Below are positions 11,641 through 24,860 of a stretch of 64,000 nucleotides of DNA, in pieces. This stretch comes from Lingula anatina (taxonomy: Eukaryota; Animalia; Brachiopoda), in NCBI GenBank assembly GCA_051362555.1, contig CM120644.1, positions 18,188,534-18,252,533 on the forward strand, read 5' to 3'. Under the pieces are notes generated by a model, which did not search any database, had not been told where the DNA came from, and saw only the letters and a program-made list of their open reading frames with translations. Position 1 is the first letter of the stretch; each line of letters opens with the position of its first letter. A program made the translations under genes and the position numbers.

Positions 11641-12311
11641 ACATACATTTTATAGTTGGTCTTTCAGGAAATCGTTTTGTTTGAAATAACACAAACGACA
11701 GAGGTAAAAATCACATATAAATTTATTTTGCAATAAATAACTTTATATTCAAGGTCTATCTACACTGATTGTGAGCTATTTCAGAATGTATCGTTAAGTT
11801 AATATCTTAAATGTATATCTTTCACTATTTGCTTTTCATGGTTAGAGAATAAAAAGTATGTGATAGGGAGTAATTGACCACAAGTTTAATTTTCTTAAGA
11901 AGCAACAAGAGTAGCAGCTGTTTTAAAGTTGGCAAAAGAGGGCACGTGACAGGTAAAACAGTTTGGTTTGATGAGTTCATTACACGATGTAATTCAATGT
12001 TTCTACCACGAGCTAATCACCCAAAAGACAATAGAACAAAAACAAATAATGTGTGATAAGTACGGAAAATTGAATATCATTTCTTGTGAGTTTGTATGAA
12101 AAATAAGTCGTTGAATAAACGGGATCTTTAGTGTTGATCTTCACGAAGATTGCCCTTTCGCTCTTCATAAAATCGCAGCCCTCTGTTAGCTTGATTCATC
12201 GCAGCAATGTAGTTTTTCCAGCATTCTGCAGGTTTGGTTGCGTACAATGCCTCCATCCAATGCCTTATCATAAATTAACTTTGTGACATTTGGAATTAAT
12301 AAAATACGCCT

Positions 12312-12382
12312 GTAATTACTGGCAGCGCGAGCCAGTTACTTATAGTAACTTATAGTAACTGGCTCGCGCTGCCAGTAATTAC
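12312..12382. repeat. Perfect 29-bp inverted repeat (hairpin)
   Basis: gtaattactggcagcgcgagccagttact / agtaactggctcgcgctgccagtaattac, with tatagtaact duplicated at the centre. Confidence 0.9.
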
Positions 12383-14382
12383 GCCGCGGGATATTCAGGG
12401 CACAGACCGTGATCATAAGACATACCGCGAATAGAAAATAGAATTTAGAAAATAGACATTGCATGTGAATGAAGCCTAAATTCCTCAGACCTTACAACAC
12501 TACCGGTCTCCTTGAAAACCTCTCCGTCTAGGGACATATCTCCTGATTCCCCGATTCAGAATAAAAATCCCCTGATTTATCAGACTTGAACGTGTGGCGA
12601 TAAAATGTTTCGCTAGATCTTGTTTACACTCAGCGAAATACGCCTAGTGATTATATTCAATGTGCCATCACTTAATTGTTTTCTCGGTTTCATTAATTGA
12701 CGATAATAATTGCAGTAAGCAAGAAGAAGGAAATGCTGAAGACAAAACAACGCCGTGGGTATGTGTGACTTTCTCCCTTAACATTTTCTATGATGCTGTC
12801 AAAGAAAAAGGAACCGAGATAGCGATCATTTAAACCGCTGCTGCTTTACGGGTGGACTTCCTCGTTTATCATTTAAATGCCCCCCCCCTCCCCCAGCAGA
12901 CCCAACTTGAGGAATGCCATAGTAGCTACAGTACACTGTATATCAAACCTCGGTCCAAGTTATGGTAAGGTTTAAGCACAAAACGATAATTTGAGGGTAT
13001 TTTTTCATTCAAGACAAAATTCAATAACTATGATGTGTGACAATAGAGACTTTACAAAGCTTTACGTGTACTTAGATATATTTCAGTAACCTATGGAGAT
13101 AGGCTAGCGACGACACAAGGCAAAGGAGTTATGTAAACTCGCGTGTGAAAACACATTATTTGTCACTTTTACAAGACAATGGATGCGACCAAGTGGAGTA
13201 ATTACAATATACCCCTGTACAGTCAAAGATAAATTAGTTTTGAAAGCTTACTTCGGGTTAGCCCTTTGCTTGTTCGAATGAAAGAGATAGATGTCGCGAC
13301 GCGAATCCTTTTATTAACCCTTCATGAGTTTGTGTAAAAGTGTGAAAGACAGGCAACGATCTTGATACGCTGTTGATATTGTTCGCAATTAATATTGGAG
13401 TATACCTCCTTCGCCTATATGTAAACATCAGACAAGGCGTTGAGATCGATAAAAGTGGAGGTTAATCTGAAAAATTAGATGCGATTTTTGTGAAATGACT
13501 TATTAAGTGATGTGCATGTACCTAACATGTTTAAATTCTTGATTTTTATTATTTGAAACATCTTTCATACACGGCCTCATATTTATATTTCTCTCAGACC
13601 GTACTCATTTTATTGTATTACACGGGACTCTAAAGCACAGGGCATTGTGACAGTTAATTGGCTACAGAGTCTTGTTATCCTTCATGCAGTTTTATAGCTT
13701 GGATGAACTAGAAACAGGCTTTACTTACCTGTAGCTTTACTTAATTTACGACAATTTAAACAAAATCAGTCTGCAAGGCTTGCTTTGATTTGATGTTAAC
13801 CTGACACTGGTTTTAAAAGAACAAATATAAATATGTTGGATGGATTAAATCACCGACATCGTTATATTTTAACTGAACGTGGTCATTTACACAGTAACAC
13901 AGATAATATCTATAAGTTGTCTGTCGTTCAGCACGCATTATAGGCGAGTAGCCAAACAGTGACGATGATCAATCCAAGTAAAATCTAGGCAAGTATTGTT
14001 TACAAAATAGATCATGATGAATAAACCTACACTTTAATAAATAATCACCACACGGTTCTGTTTTTGTCACTTGAAAGCTTTTGTTTAAAGACGCTCAATG
14101 ATATCAAAAATGATTCGACGCTTTAAAAAATGGACAGGTTCAAGGGGCAGTTTTCGTATCAGCTAGGGGGACTTCAGGTAGAAGATTCAGTGTAGGTGTT
14201 TCCTCGTATGATAGCAGCATCACACCCTAGGTCTAAGCGAGTTGACTAGAAGCTTTTTGTCCGAGCATCCTATTCCTACTACATGTACTTAAACTAATAA
14301 CCCTAAACCACAAAGGTTTATGCGGTAAAAACTATTTAAACTAAATGAGGTGCATTGACAGAGGCACAAGTACAATCCAACG

Positions 14383-14957
14383 CCAACGTGCAACAGGGGA
14401 AGGTCTGACAGTGCATTACATAATATATGAAAGTACGGTCAGTATATCATAACAGTGTAAGACATCAGTTAAAGAGGAGGGGGTCTTACTATCTATTGTT
14501 AAACGCGACTGTTATTATCTCTCGAACAAGCTTAAACCATGCCTATGCAATTACTGTGTCTCCGGCTGTCGTGCAGAAACGGCATGTCGAACATATTTTG
14601 CTACAGTGACAAACAGGGTAAACTAGTGACTTGTTCTAGATCGCTCTAGTAAGAAAGCATAAGAGCGGCACCCGGGCACAAACAATCAACTATAACATTC
14701 ATATCTTAGCGTTTACATATGACGCGCAAAGAGCTAAGCAAATATCCTTGACAAAGTGGTCCGTTTTTAAACAACAACGAGAAAAAAGAACGCATTGTCA
14801 TAGTTATGAGACAAATCGCTTGCAACGTGCAACAAGGGGGTTGTCTGACAGTGTGGTCACACTACATGTTTATGAAAGTACAGTGAATTAACAGTCTTAG
14901 ACATCGCTCATCTATTGTTAAACGCGATCATTATCTTTTCTCAAACAACCTTAAACC
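14383..14957. repeat. Degenerate local direct duplication (~14383-14538 and ~14823-14957)
   Basis: Shared caacgtgcaaca..gtctgacagtg..tatgaaagtac..atctattgttaaacgcga..cttaaacc. Confidence 0.7.
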
Positions 14958-15943
14958 GAACCTAAACAATAAGATTGTTAAATCAGATAAGTGATGTAAA
15001 ATCATATTGGAAATTTACGTTGATGACGGAGACTGTTTCATTCGCAAAATTATGAAACAAGACTGGTCCATTTTGAATAAATCTTAGACTGTTAAACCTA
15101 AAGCCCTGCTTTACGTACTTTGGTAATAGTTATTTAGTAAGCTAGGTTTATTCACATATATCACAAAGCATAAGGGCCTTATGCTGCAAACAACCCATTT
15201 TGAACGCAATCGTCATCGCTCCCGGACAACCTGAAATCATGCCTATACAATATTAGGAGATGCACGTCGAGTAAAAGATTCAACACCTGGGTGCCCAGCA
15301 CTATTATATTATGAAAAGGAAAAATGACTTGACGTTTCATGCACAATCATCATCGAAAGCCTAATATCATTATGCTCCAAGCGCAGTCGATTTTTATCAA
15401 AATAAAAAGTGTGCTTCATACAAGCAAAATCTAAATTTCCTTTATAACTGTTACTGAACAGCGAAGAGTTACATACACCCGGTTATAAAATTACAAATGT
15501 AATTATGAGGCTGATTTTTCTAATGTAGAATGAAACATTTTGTTGGCTTTAAAATGATAGGACAGTCACTATCATCTTAAAAGTAGTTAGGGTATGTGCA
15601 CGTTCCCCTAACGCGCGTGCAAAAAATTCCCTTCAAATAACCAGATACATATCTGTCTATACTGGTAACTAGTGAAAATCTATCTGTGGCCCTGATAATA
15701 GGTAGACACTCACCGCGTTAGCTGCGACAATGATTATTTCTTCACAGCGATTTATTCATTTAATTATAAAATCGTTATTTATTCATTAAATTATTTAAAA
15801 TAATTTGTCTTTTATTTAATGATTTATACCATCTAATTTTTATCTATTTTTATTTGATTCCTAATGTCATCTAATTATTTACTTAATTCTTTAAATAATT
15901 TATTTATTTATTTATTAAGACTTTCTATTATTTAACCTTTTAA

Positions 15944-16152
15944 GCCCCCTTTACACTGGACGGCGTCCCTTCTGCGTCCAGCAGTTCGGCCCCATTTGAG
16001 AGTTAAAGAATTATAATACTTTACGTGCCGACAACTGGCCGATCATTAAGCATTCATTCTGATACCAAATCAATGCTCGTGCCTCCTTATTAAGACCACA
16101 GCGATGCCAAATTTCATGGTCGCAGAAAGGACGCTGTCCAGTGTAAAGGGGT
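15944..16152. mobile_element. MITE, PIF/Harbinger-like
   Basis: TIRs gccccctttacactggac / gtccagtgtaaaggggt after TAA; a deleted relative at ~26859-26900. Confidence 0.65.
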
Positions 16153-17958
16153 TATTACAGATTCGCTCTATCATTTTATATAAAATGTGACTTAATGTAG
16201 TAATTGAGGCAACACGTCAGCTTGTTATGTGAATAAATTGTTTTAATAATGTTTCTTTCTTTGTTATTTCTAAACAGTAATCTATTTTTACACAGGTCGC
16301 GATGATGGAAATTTATGTACGGAGCATCTTTAAACTTTTTGAGACGGGGTGATTTGTTGATCATGCTGGTGTACGATGCCGATGCATGTTTATCAAATTC
16401 CATTTTTGACCACGGAACACTTCATGTTGAATTAAATAACTGATACTAAATTAAACTAGCAGTTTTCTTGCAACACTTAAAACATGATCAGCTGCGCGTG
16501 CCAAGCTAGTGAACAAAAGGATAGTGACACGCGTTAGCATGGGTTCTAGCCTCTTAAAGCTACAATCCTATCACCACAACAAACAATGGGGACCTTCTGG
16601 CTGATGTATCCTGCTGTTAATTACACCTAGTTACAGCAGATTGTCACGCTCCCACTAGACCACAGAAACAGGCGTCATGGGGTTCACTCGCCTAAGGTAT
16701 TGTGTGTTATTACGTCTAAACTTTTGTGTTTTGGCGTTCGAATTTTGAAGGGATTAGACGGCTCTCCATTGTTTGTCCGCCCCCTTCTATTCACAGGATA
16801 GGGATTAAAACATTTCTGACGTTATTAAAACGTCATACAACGGAAACATAATTATTATTACTACTGTAGATGTGTATAATCTACCGACGCATTAATAACC
16901 ACAAAACTCTGTATATTGAGGCGGGGTACAAACCATCAATAATTGTAATTATATTTTGAGTCATAAATATGTCGATATATCCCATTTTTTCCCATGGGCA
17001 TGTCCTCAGTCCTTATGATGTTACAATATATGTAAAGTAACCGATTTGACCATTGGTGCCTAAACATTGTAATGTACATATTTCTTATATTACAGATGCC
17101 TGTCATACATGTCTAAGCAGCTGTATTGCTTTGTGATATAGATGCACTTACCCCCTATTTGACATGTTATCATTGTCCTATCACCATCAGTTTTAAGAGT
17201 TTCGCTTTGTATCCTTAATGTTAAAATCGAATTATATTTCCATATGGGTTGTCAAGTTACATTTTACTTATAGACACTGTTCATCTGTGGTGTGTTGTCT
17301 TCTGGATAAATACAATTTTGTATGACGTGTTTAAGACCAACTGTGGTCATTTTCGTGTACATAAACTGTACATGTACATTGTGCCCATTGAAATATGAAC
17401 GTTAGTGCGTATCGGTTGTACATTATACTGCTAACAGAAAATTATATGAAATTTTGATCAAAAATATGTACAAAAGGGAAATCAAATTAAATATTTGGAA
17501 TGAAATTCAAAGTACACATTTGAGTGGTAGGATAACACGCATGTAAAGGGTACATTTTGATGGCAAGACACACAATAAGAATAAGAATAAGAGAGTGCAC
17601 AAGTGAATGACCACCATACGTTTCTACATACTATACTCTGGATTTGACTCATAAAGACTTGCTTTACCCATTAATGTTGTTTGTCTGTCCAGCTATTTTA
17701 TATCATTATACCCAACTATTTGTACATGCATGTATATAACTTAAATATGGATAGCATGTTATAATATACTAAGTACAAGAAAAGAACTAAGATGTGGGAT
17801 TACCGCCAATCCATATGACAAATTTACGGTTAGGGCAATCAACGCAAGCAGCAGAATTATGGGTTTCCAGGAAAACATTCTTAATAAGTTAAGGTGACCC
17901 ACTACATTATAAATAAGAGGAAACACGAATGACACACAGTATGTACATCAACAGGAAT

Positions 17959-17963
<5 letters not shown>

Positions 17964-18011
<48 letters not shown>

Positions 18012-18039
18012 TATTATTATTATTATTATTATTATTATT
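17964..18039. repeat. (TAA)n(TTA)n self-complementary microsatellite
   Basis: An AAT run switches directly into an ATT run. Confidence 0.95.
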
Positions 18040-19828
18040 TATAGTCTAAAATCCACATAACATGTTCAGTAGGTTTTACATGGGAAAATGAACAAAATTG
18101 GATGAATAAAGTCAATCAATAAAAATACAACTAAAATGTCAAGATAGTAAAATATACAGTACAAAGTAAAGATAAAAGCGAGTCAAATCACTTATAAAAC
18201 CTAAATTAAAAAAAAAAAACGTTTTAGTTCTTTTTTAAAACTTGTCTTTGTGTATTATATTTTTTGTATTAATACACACATGCTGCTCGATAATTTTCGT
18301 TTAAAATATGACACAGCACTTAATTCTAAAATGTAAGAATATATAATGTCTGGAATATAAAGTTCTGTATCCTTGTATGTATGCAGGGGTATATGCCTCC
18401 GCTTAATGATGTACTACTTACGGTTTGCTTCCATAAAGAAATATACTTGTAGAATACACGGCAATCATTGGTAACTATGTTGGGACTGGGGATCTTACTG
18501 CAAAGTTCACAGACCATGAAAAGTTGAATATTGTACTTTGAGCCACACACACTTTTGAAATACTAAGTCGATCCGTTAGATATATTCCTATATCCACGGA
18601 CACTCAATCCTGAAGCTGTTACAAATAGTAAAATCACAGATCTGAACACTGCTGCCCACACATTGTGCATATTTCTTACCTGATGTATGTCCTTCACGTC
18701 TAAGGCTGTGTTGCTTCAAGGAGAGTGGTCTTCTTCGATTACTTGATATGCCACCTCCTCTGGTTAAAGATGATGTCACAAGTTTCCCCTATTCGACGTG
18801 TTATCACCATCAGTTTTAAGAGTATCACTTTATATCTTTAAATGTAAACACCAAACTACATTTTCATACGGGTTGTCAAATGACATTTTTTTACTTATAC
18901 ACACTGTTTAGTGGTGTGTCAAGTCTTAGGGAAAATATCCTTACAATTATAATAATAATCATATCAATAATGTTATGCTGTTTTATAGACATATTGTGGC
19001 CGTTATTGTGTATAGAAAGTGTAACCCATCAAATTATGTACGTTACCAATTAGCACGTACATGTATTAGTTGTATATTCTTCTAATGACAGCAAATTATA
19101 TGATCAAAATGATATACAACAGGGAAATCAAATTAATTGTTTAAAACATAAATGTAAATAATAAAGTTAAGATAACTTTTTTGTTTATTAAACTTGCTGC
19201 TCACTGGTACTTTCGCGTATGTGTTTCGTGAAACACTTCGACCATTCTCATATCAGCCCCACATTACAATTACAATAATTACATGGTAGATGAATATCAT
19301 TTTAATATGTTTTGTTTGAAACATTGTTTTTTACTTCCATTTTTTGTCAAAATCTTTTTATCGCAGATGCAGTCTGACATTAAAAATTTGGGTTCTAATA
19401 TTTACAATCGTATTTTAATATTCAAATGAAGCTGTGCTGTCAGCAGATTTCAGTAATTAAACTTAAATGTACTTTTCTTCATATGCTCTTGGCATTTCTT
19501 ATAATCCACCAAATTTTTGGATGAAAATAGAAATGTAAATTATGACATGATGGAAATCAAAATCCATTCATTCAAATTTCCGTTGAATCAAATGAAAGTC
19601 AAAACCAAATCTGTTGCAGGAAAAAAGAAATATTTTACTTCTTGAAGCAGTCATTTGAAAAGTTTTTTTTAATCAAGGCTTAAGTTCATGCAGATTAAAA
19701 ACATATAATAAAAGGGCTCAATTAATGGTGCAGTTCAACAGCAACAGAAATGAATAATTCAGATGAGAAATGTCAGAAAAGCTACCATCCATTCAAATCA
19801 AGTGGATAACCGTCAAATGACTTATTCT

Positions 19829-20697
19829 TCAACTCATTTTATCTCGAGACCCGTAAATATATGCAGCGGAGTTAGCTGCTTCGTCGTAGGTAAAATGTTT
19901 AATTCCGTATGAAAACTCCTTAACATCAATAACGTTATTTTCATCACGGTCAATGGCACGAAAAATGACATAAATGTCAGCTGTGTTGCGAAATATGTCG
20001 AGAAATTTAGAGTACTCGCTCATTGTTAATTCGTCATTGCAGTTGAGGTCAAAAATATGGAAGAGGTCCAAAGTCCATTCGACTAACTCATTACCTGTAT
20101 AGCCCATATTCTTTTCAATAGCTTGGATCCAATCATCAAATGTAATAGATGTTTCATAGTCGGTGTATTCATTTGACATCCATGTGTGATACCCCATGGT
20201 CATAACACCATACAATGCCTTGGCTCTCCATGATGGCAAAACACGTTTAGCACGGTCACTTGTTGCAACAATGTACTCTTCTTCCGTTACATTCCCGTCT
20301 TGGTTGACGTCCAATATGTCAAAAAATTCTTTGAACTTAGATACCCTATACAGGTTGAAACCTTTTTTGCTGTCCTGTTCAATCTGAAAAGAGAAATGCT
20401 CTTTTTAAATCATGTCTACTTTAGCTACTGTAAAACAAATATCAACAGATATATCCTTAAGTTGATTTATCTCATAAAAAGGTGTCTTTGTCCCCTAAAT
20501 GTTGCATGCCACGTTTTCTATGTATTTGTTACCTCAAGCCTGCTACTTTAAGTTTAGGCTTTTTGACAGCTAGCTGGTCTCAAAATCCTATATACAAGAA
20601 AAGAAGAACTATTCAGGATTACCTTCACTCCATCTGATAAATCCACTGTTGAGAAAATCACAATAAATAACATAATTCCACGTTTCTTGCAAAACAT
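19829..20697 (-). CDS. Secreted SCP/aequorin-fold EF-hand protein, copy 1 (subfamily A); join(20623..20697,19829..20383), 209 aa
   Basis: Exon 1 MFCKKRGIMLFIVIFSTVDLSDGVK|gt; acceptor ttttcag|IEQDSKKGFNLYRVSKFKEFFDILDVNQDGNVTEEE; loops DLNCNDELTMSE and DRDENNVIDVKE; phase 0. Confidence 0.88.
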
Positions 20698-20872
20698 TTT
20701 ACAAGGTCTTGTTAACTAAAATTAACACAGATACATATAACACAACTCCCTTTGTACATAAAGGTGGGCTCTAATGTCATCAACCAGCCTTAAAACCCTA
20801 AAAGAAAAATAGAACGTGAGGCCTCAGGAATTACGGATTTAGAATGACAAGGATTTTCATATATGTTAAATA

Positions 20873-22237
20873 CAGACTTGATATTTAAAGAGTTAATAAC
20901 TCTTCGTTTTGGCCAAAAAATGAATTTTCCTGGAGTAAACAACAATTTTCCCGTACTTACCAATGGTTAATGAATCCATTTTTATATTCAACGTTAGTCC
21001 CTGGTTTTTTTTGTTTTTTTTTTCTAAAAAGTTTGGTTTTTGTTAAAATTTCTTAAGAGATTATAACTGAGTACAGCCATCAATGAAGGTCATGTGATCT
21101 GAAGACAAGCTCATATATCAGAATAATAGCTATAACTGACGTTTTTGTGGTAAAGCAGAATACATTATATTTCTATGAGTTGTTCACAATGTTTTTATTG
21201 TGAAATATAGATATCATACAAATAGTTATTAGCCCTTTAATGTGGAATATTTAATCCAAATCATTTTTTTATGAGTTTTTCCTATTTTGCTGACTGATAA
21301 ATGAAAATAAAAATTAAAATCGTGTTTTTATAATGTTTAATTATCTCTTTGATGTCATTGTGGCATCAGTTCATTAACTGAATTCGCCAGAGAAGCAAAC
21401 AAAAACACATCGCCTATTCTATGTCATGCGACAACCATTAAAAGAGATATTTTGGATCTCGATATTTTCAAAATTATTGTCTGTAACGGTCGCTGTTACG
21501 CCGTTTAAACTCTGTTTTGACTAGTTAAGCGGTACAGTTGAAATCTCACCTCAATAAAAAAGCCACGTAGTTTCAGCGCTCTACCCAGAAACGGTCAAGG
21601 TCCCCAGATCATTAAAAAAATACAACGATGTTTACAGTGGGTTCCTCGGAGGTCGTCTAGTATTCTAATCTACTAAAACCAGTTTGGTGTCCGCTAAGGG
21701 CCTTGAAAAATGCGTTTTGGTGGCAATTTACCCGTCATTCTGAATGGACTGGGTGGTTTTTGTTAAGTTGCAGCAGCATACGCCGAAAGACAGTGGGTCC
21801 CATAACCTGGTGGTAAGATTGCAATACATTGGGTGTGGCCTCTGTGTGTGTGTGTGTGTTTTTTTCCGCGCCATTCTGGCACAGCTGAACAATATTGTAA
21901 AACACTGCTTAACTCATTTTACTCACTGCAAAACCGACCGCTTGCATGCAAAAACTCAAATTCTTCGATGCAGTAGTTGCCGACATATGGATACCGAGCC
22001 ATGTAAAAACCAAGCTTTGACCAGCTCAAAGGAGCATTACCCAATTAAATCACTGCATATTACACAATGCAGTAGTGCAACAGACTTGAGTGTCGGTTAA
22101 TTGGTAGCGACACACCTGACTTCACACTTCTCCAGTCAGATGACTTATATGACATCTGAGTTTTTATGAAAAAAGAATGCATTTTTACTTAGGTATACTT
22201 TTTAAACTGAAATATTCCATATTAAATACCAAGTCTG
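20873..22237. mobile_element. Non-autonomous TA-flanked TIR element (Tc1/mariner-like), copy 1
   Basis: TA|cagacttgatatttaa...ttaaataccaagtctg|TA; interior matches 48690-49674 in inverted orientation. Confidence 0.75.
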
Positions 22238-22249
22238 TATATCGTGATT

Positions 22250-23450
22250 CCATGATGGTTTGACATATTTGTTATGATATTTGGAGCACGGATTTTTTTA
22301 GTGAATTTGCAACCCTATTGGAGAAGGTCGTCCCAAAACCATGCCATCTTATAATCACCGAGGATTTCAATATTCACGTTGATATTTCTCATTCCCGTAT
22401 TCTTCCCTTCTGAATGAAATTATATTTTCTAGAGACCTTCAACAGCACATCAACTTCCCAACTCACCAAAACGGGACACTCTTGACTTACTGATTACTCG
22501 CGCATCAGATAATCTCCTTTTTTTTCTACTGACTTAACAGACTACTTGAATTCAGACCATAGTCTCATAGAATTCTGTCTGAATGTTGCTCGTCCTCCTC
22601 CAGTCAAAACTATCCAACTTCACGTAGAAACCTGAAGAAAATTGACTTTGATGCCTTAAAACAAAACTTCAGTCTGCCTTTAACTCCTTCCTACCCGATA
22701 ACAATGTTATTGGAATCAGTACCTCAGAAGATGTTGACACTCTTCTGCATTCATATCACTACACCATAACCACCATACTTGACGAACTTGCTCCAGTCAA
22801 AACATTAGTTACTCGCAGTAAGTCAACAGAACCATGATTTTGCAGTGAACTATCTGAGATGCAAAAATCAGTTAAAAAATGTGAGCTTAAATGTCGCAAC
22901 ACTGATAAGGAAGTCCATCGTCAAATCCACAAAGAAAAACGTCCTGGTTACTTTTGCCATGCTGAAATTTGACTACCACAAAAAACGAATATGCCCCTGT
23001 ATAACTCGGATACCAAAAGTCCTTTTATGATTGTTGAGGAGATAACCAGCTTTAAAAAATCAGCAGTCACCATAAACCAACACTGCACTCCGATGAGCAA
23101 CTTCGCTCTGTGCTCCTGGAGTTTTTTAACAACAAAATAGAAAAATTTAGAAAATCCTTTGAAAGCGGAATTAAAAACTCCATTCTACAAGAAGCTAATC
23201 CCTCTACATCTCCGACATATTTCAGAGAATTCTGAAAAGCTGATTAATACCTCCAAGCTAAAAATCTTCAGAACTGGACATCCTCCCAACTTACCCCACA
23301 AAAGAATGCATAGAAGAATCACTACCTTCCATTACTAAGCTTTTCAACACATCCCTTCAACGGAGTGTAGTCCTTAGAAACTTCAAGAAAACTATAATCA
23401 GACCACTAATTAAAAAAAAAACACAAGCAATCCGGACCCTATATTTGTTA
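22250..23450 (+). mobile_element. Degenerate CR1/L2-type LINE fragment (endonuclease to pre-RT region)
   Basis: Broken frames give LQQHINFPTH..TLDLLITR, SDHSLI, LDILPT, LPSITKLFNTSL, IIRPLIKK. Confidence 0.75.
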
Positions 23451-24189
23451 TAAGAAACACAAATACATTTTGTAACCCATACAATATTATACAATGATAC
23501 TTCAGTGTTTTTCTTATTACAAATGTTGCAGATCCCACGCCAAACGAACACAAACAACGGGGAAATGTTCACACCTTTATTCACGCACATACACTGACAT
23601 GGACATGGTGATACTAAAATAACAAAATGATGAAATATAAAAACCAAATTGATAATATAAAAATACAAAAATATAATATAAACTGAATACAAATATAAAA
23701 AAGAAATAATGAATTAATTATAAGAAACGGGAAATGTTGTTCATACTAAAATTTGGCTAGACAAACGACTTATGCTTTTACATATACATTGCGCAAATGG
23801 TTAACAATACGTACAGAGAAATGTGGCTTTTCCCGCCCGATGGTGATCCACAGATATTGCCGAAGTGACTACTAAATCTTGAGACTTGGCGACCTGAGCC
23901 TTCTGCTCGTCAATTACAAACGTGGCCGCGCCCAGAACTACTGTTGGCCGTATATATACTGAGCAAATCATTTGCATAACAAAACAAAGATGACTAGTAA
24001 TACGACCGTAATCGCAACTTGTTGTCATGAGCGACAACAATAAATTAACCCCTGTTCTTTAACAGCCTCACTTTGATGTCCATTAAGTGTTCACTGTAGA
24101 AGTTCATGATTCTTGTAGACACCCGACTTAGAGAAGTCCAGCTTCTCAAAATATTCAAAAGACAATAACAAATTCATGTCTGGACCTAC

Positions 24190-24264
24190 CTTTACCATAT
24201 TCGAAGAGCAGATAGTTGGAACGACCATGAGCAGGAGAAGAACGTTCAAATTTTTTGGGGACAT
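24190..24264 (-). pseudogene. Orphan signal-peptide exon of a subfamily-B EF-hand gene (own EF exon absent)
   Basis: MSPKNLNVLLLLMVVPTICSSNMVK|gtagg; paralogous intron sequence ends near 24040; upstream UTR exon and promoter are retained. Confidence 0.8.
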
Positions 24265-24625
24265 TCTTATGAATCCTGTATTGTTAAGGTCTCTAGAATA
24301 AAAGTAACAACCTACTAAAACTATATTCCACAATATTTATCGAGTGTGAAATACAACTTTATATAACATACTCTTGCTTTACTTTGAATACATAGGAACC
24401 TTGATATGCCATCTACAATCAACAATAAAACAGCGTCTGTGTTTTTGGGTAGGCCTACAGTACATGTGGCAACCTTTACAACACACAAACAGCGCAATAT
24501 CATATTATATGTATCATAAACGTATTTTGGAGCTCGGTCGTTCAACTGAAATCCCAATGTTTGTGAACCTTCAATGCAGAGTTCATTCCTCAATATGTAA
24601 GTCTGTTCTATTTAGCTTTACCTAC

Positions 24626-24860
24626 CAGATGTTTGTTGTTTCTCTTAGAGGCCAGGCTCATGTAATGTCTTGTTTAAGTCAGCGTGGTGTATTTAAATAC
24701 AATCATTTCGCAGTATTGTCTGGATGAACATTATCAGTCACGCGTGTCCCCTATTCGACATGTTACCAATCCCCTGACACCTCCATTTTTAAAAGCATCA
24801 TTTGTACCACTGGATGTAAATATCAAACTACATTTAATACGGGCTATACGACAAACTAGG
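24626..24860 (-). promoter_or_regulatory. Conserved promoter + short non-coding first exon of subfamily-B genes (also ~27713-27950, 30364-30600, 52800-52975, 57340-57590, 63892-64000)
   Basis: TATTTAAATA at 24690-24699; splice donor at 24624-24625; shared block catttcgcagt..cagtcacgcgtgtcccctattcgacatgttaccaat. Confidence 0.6.
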
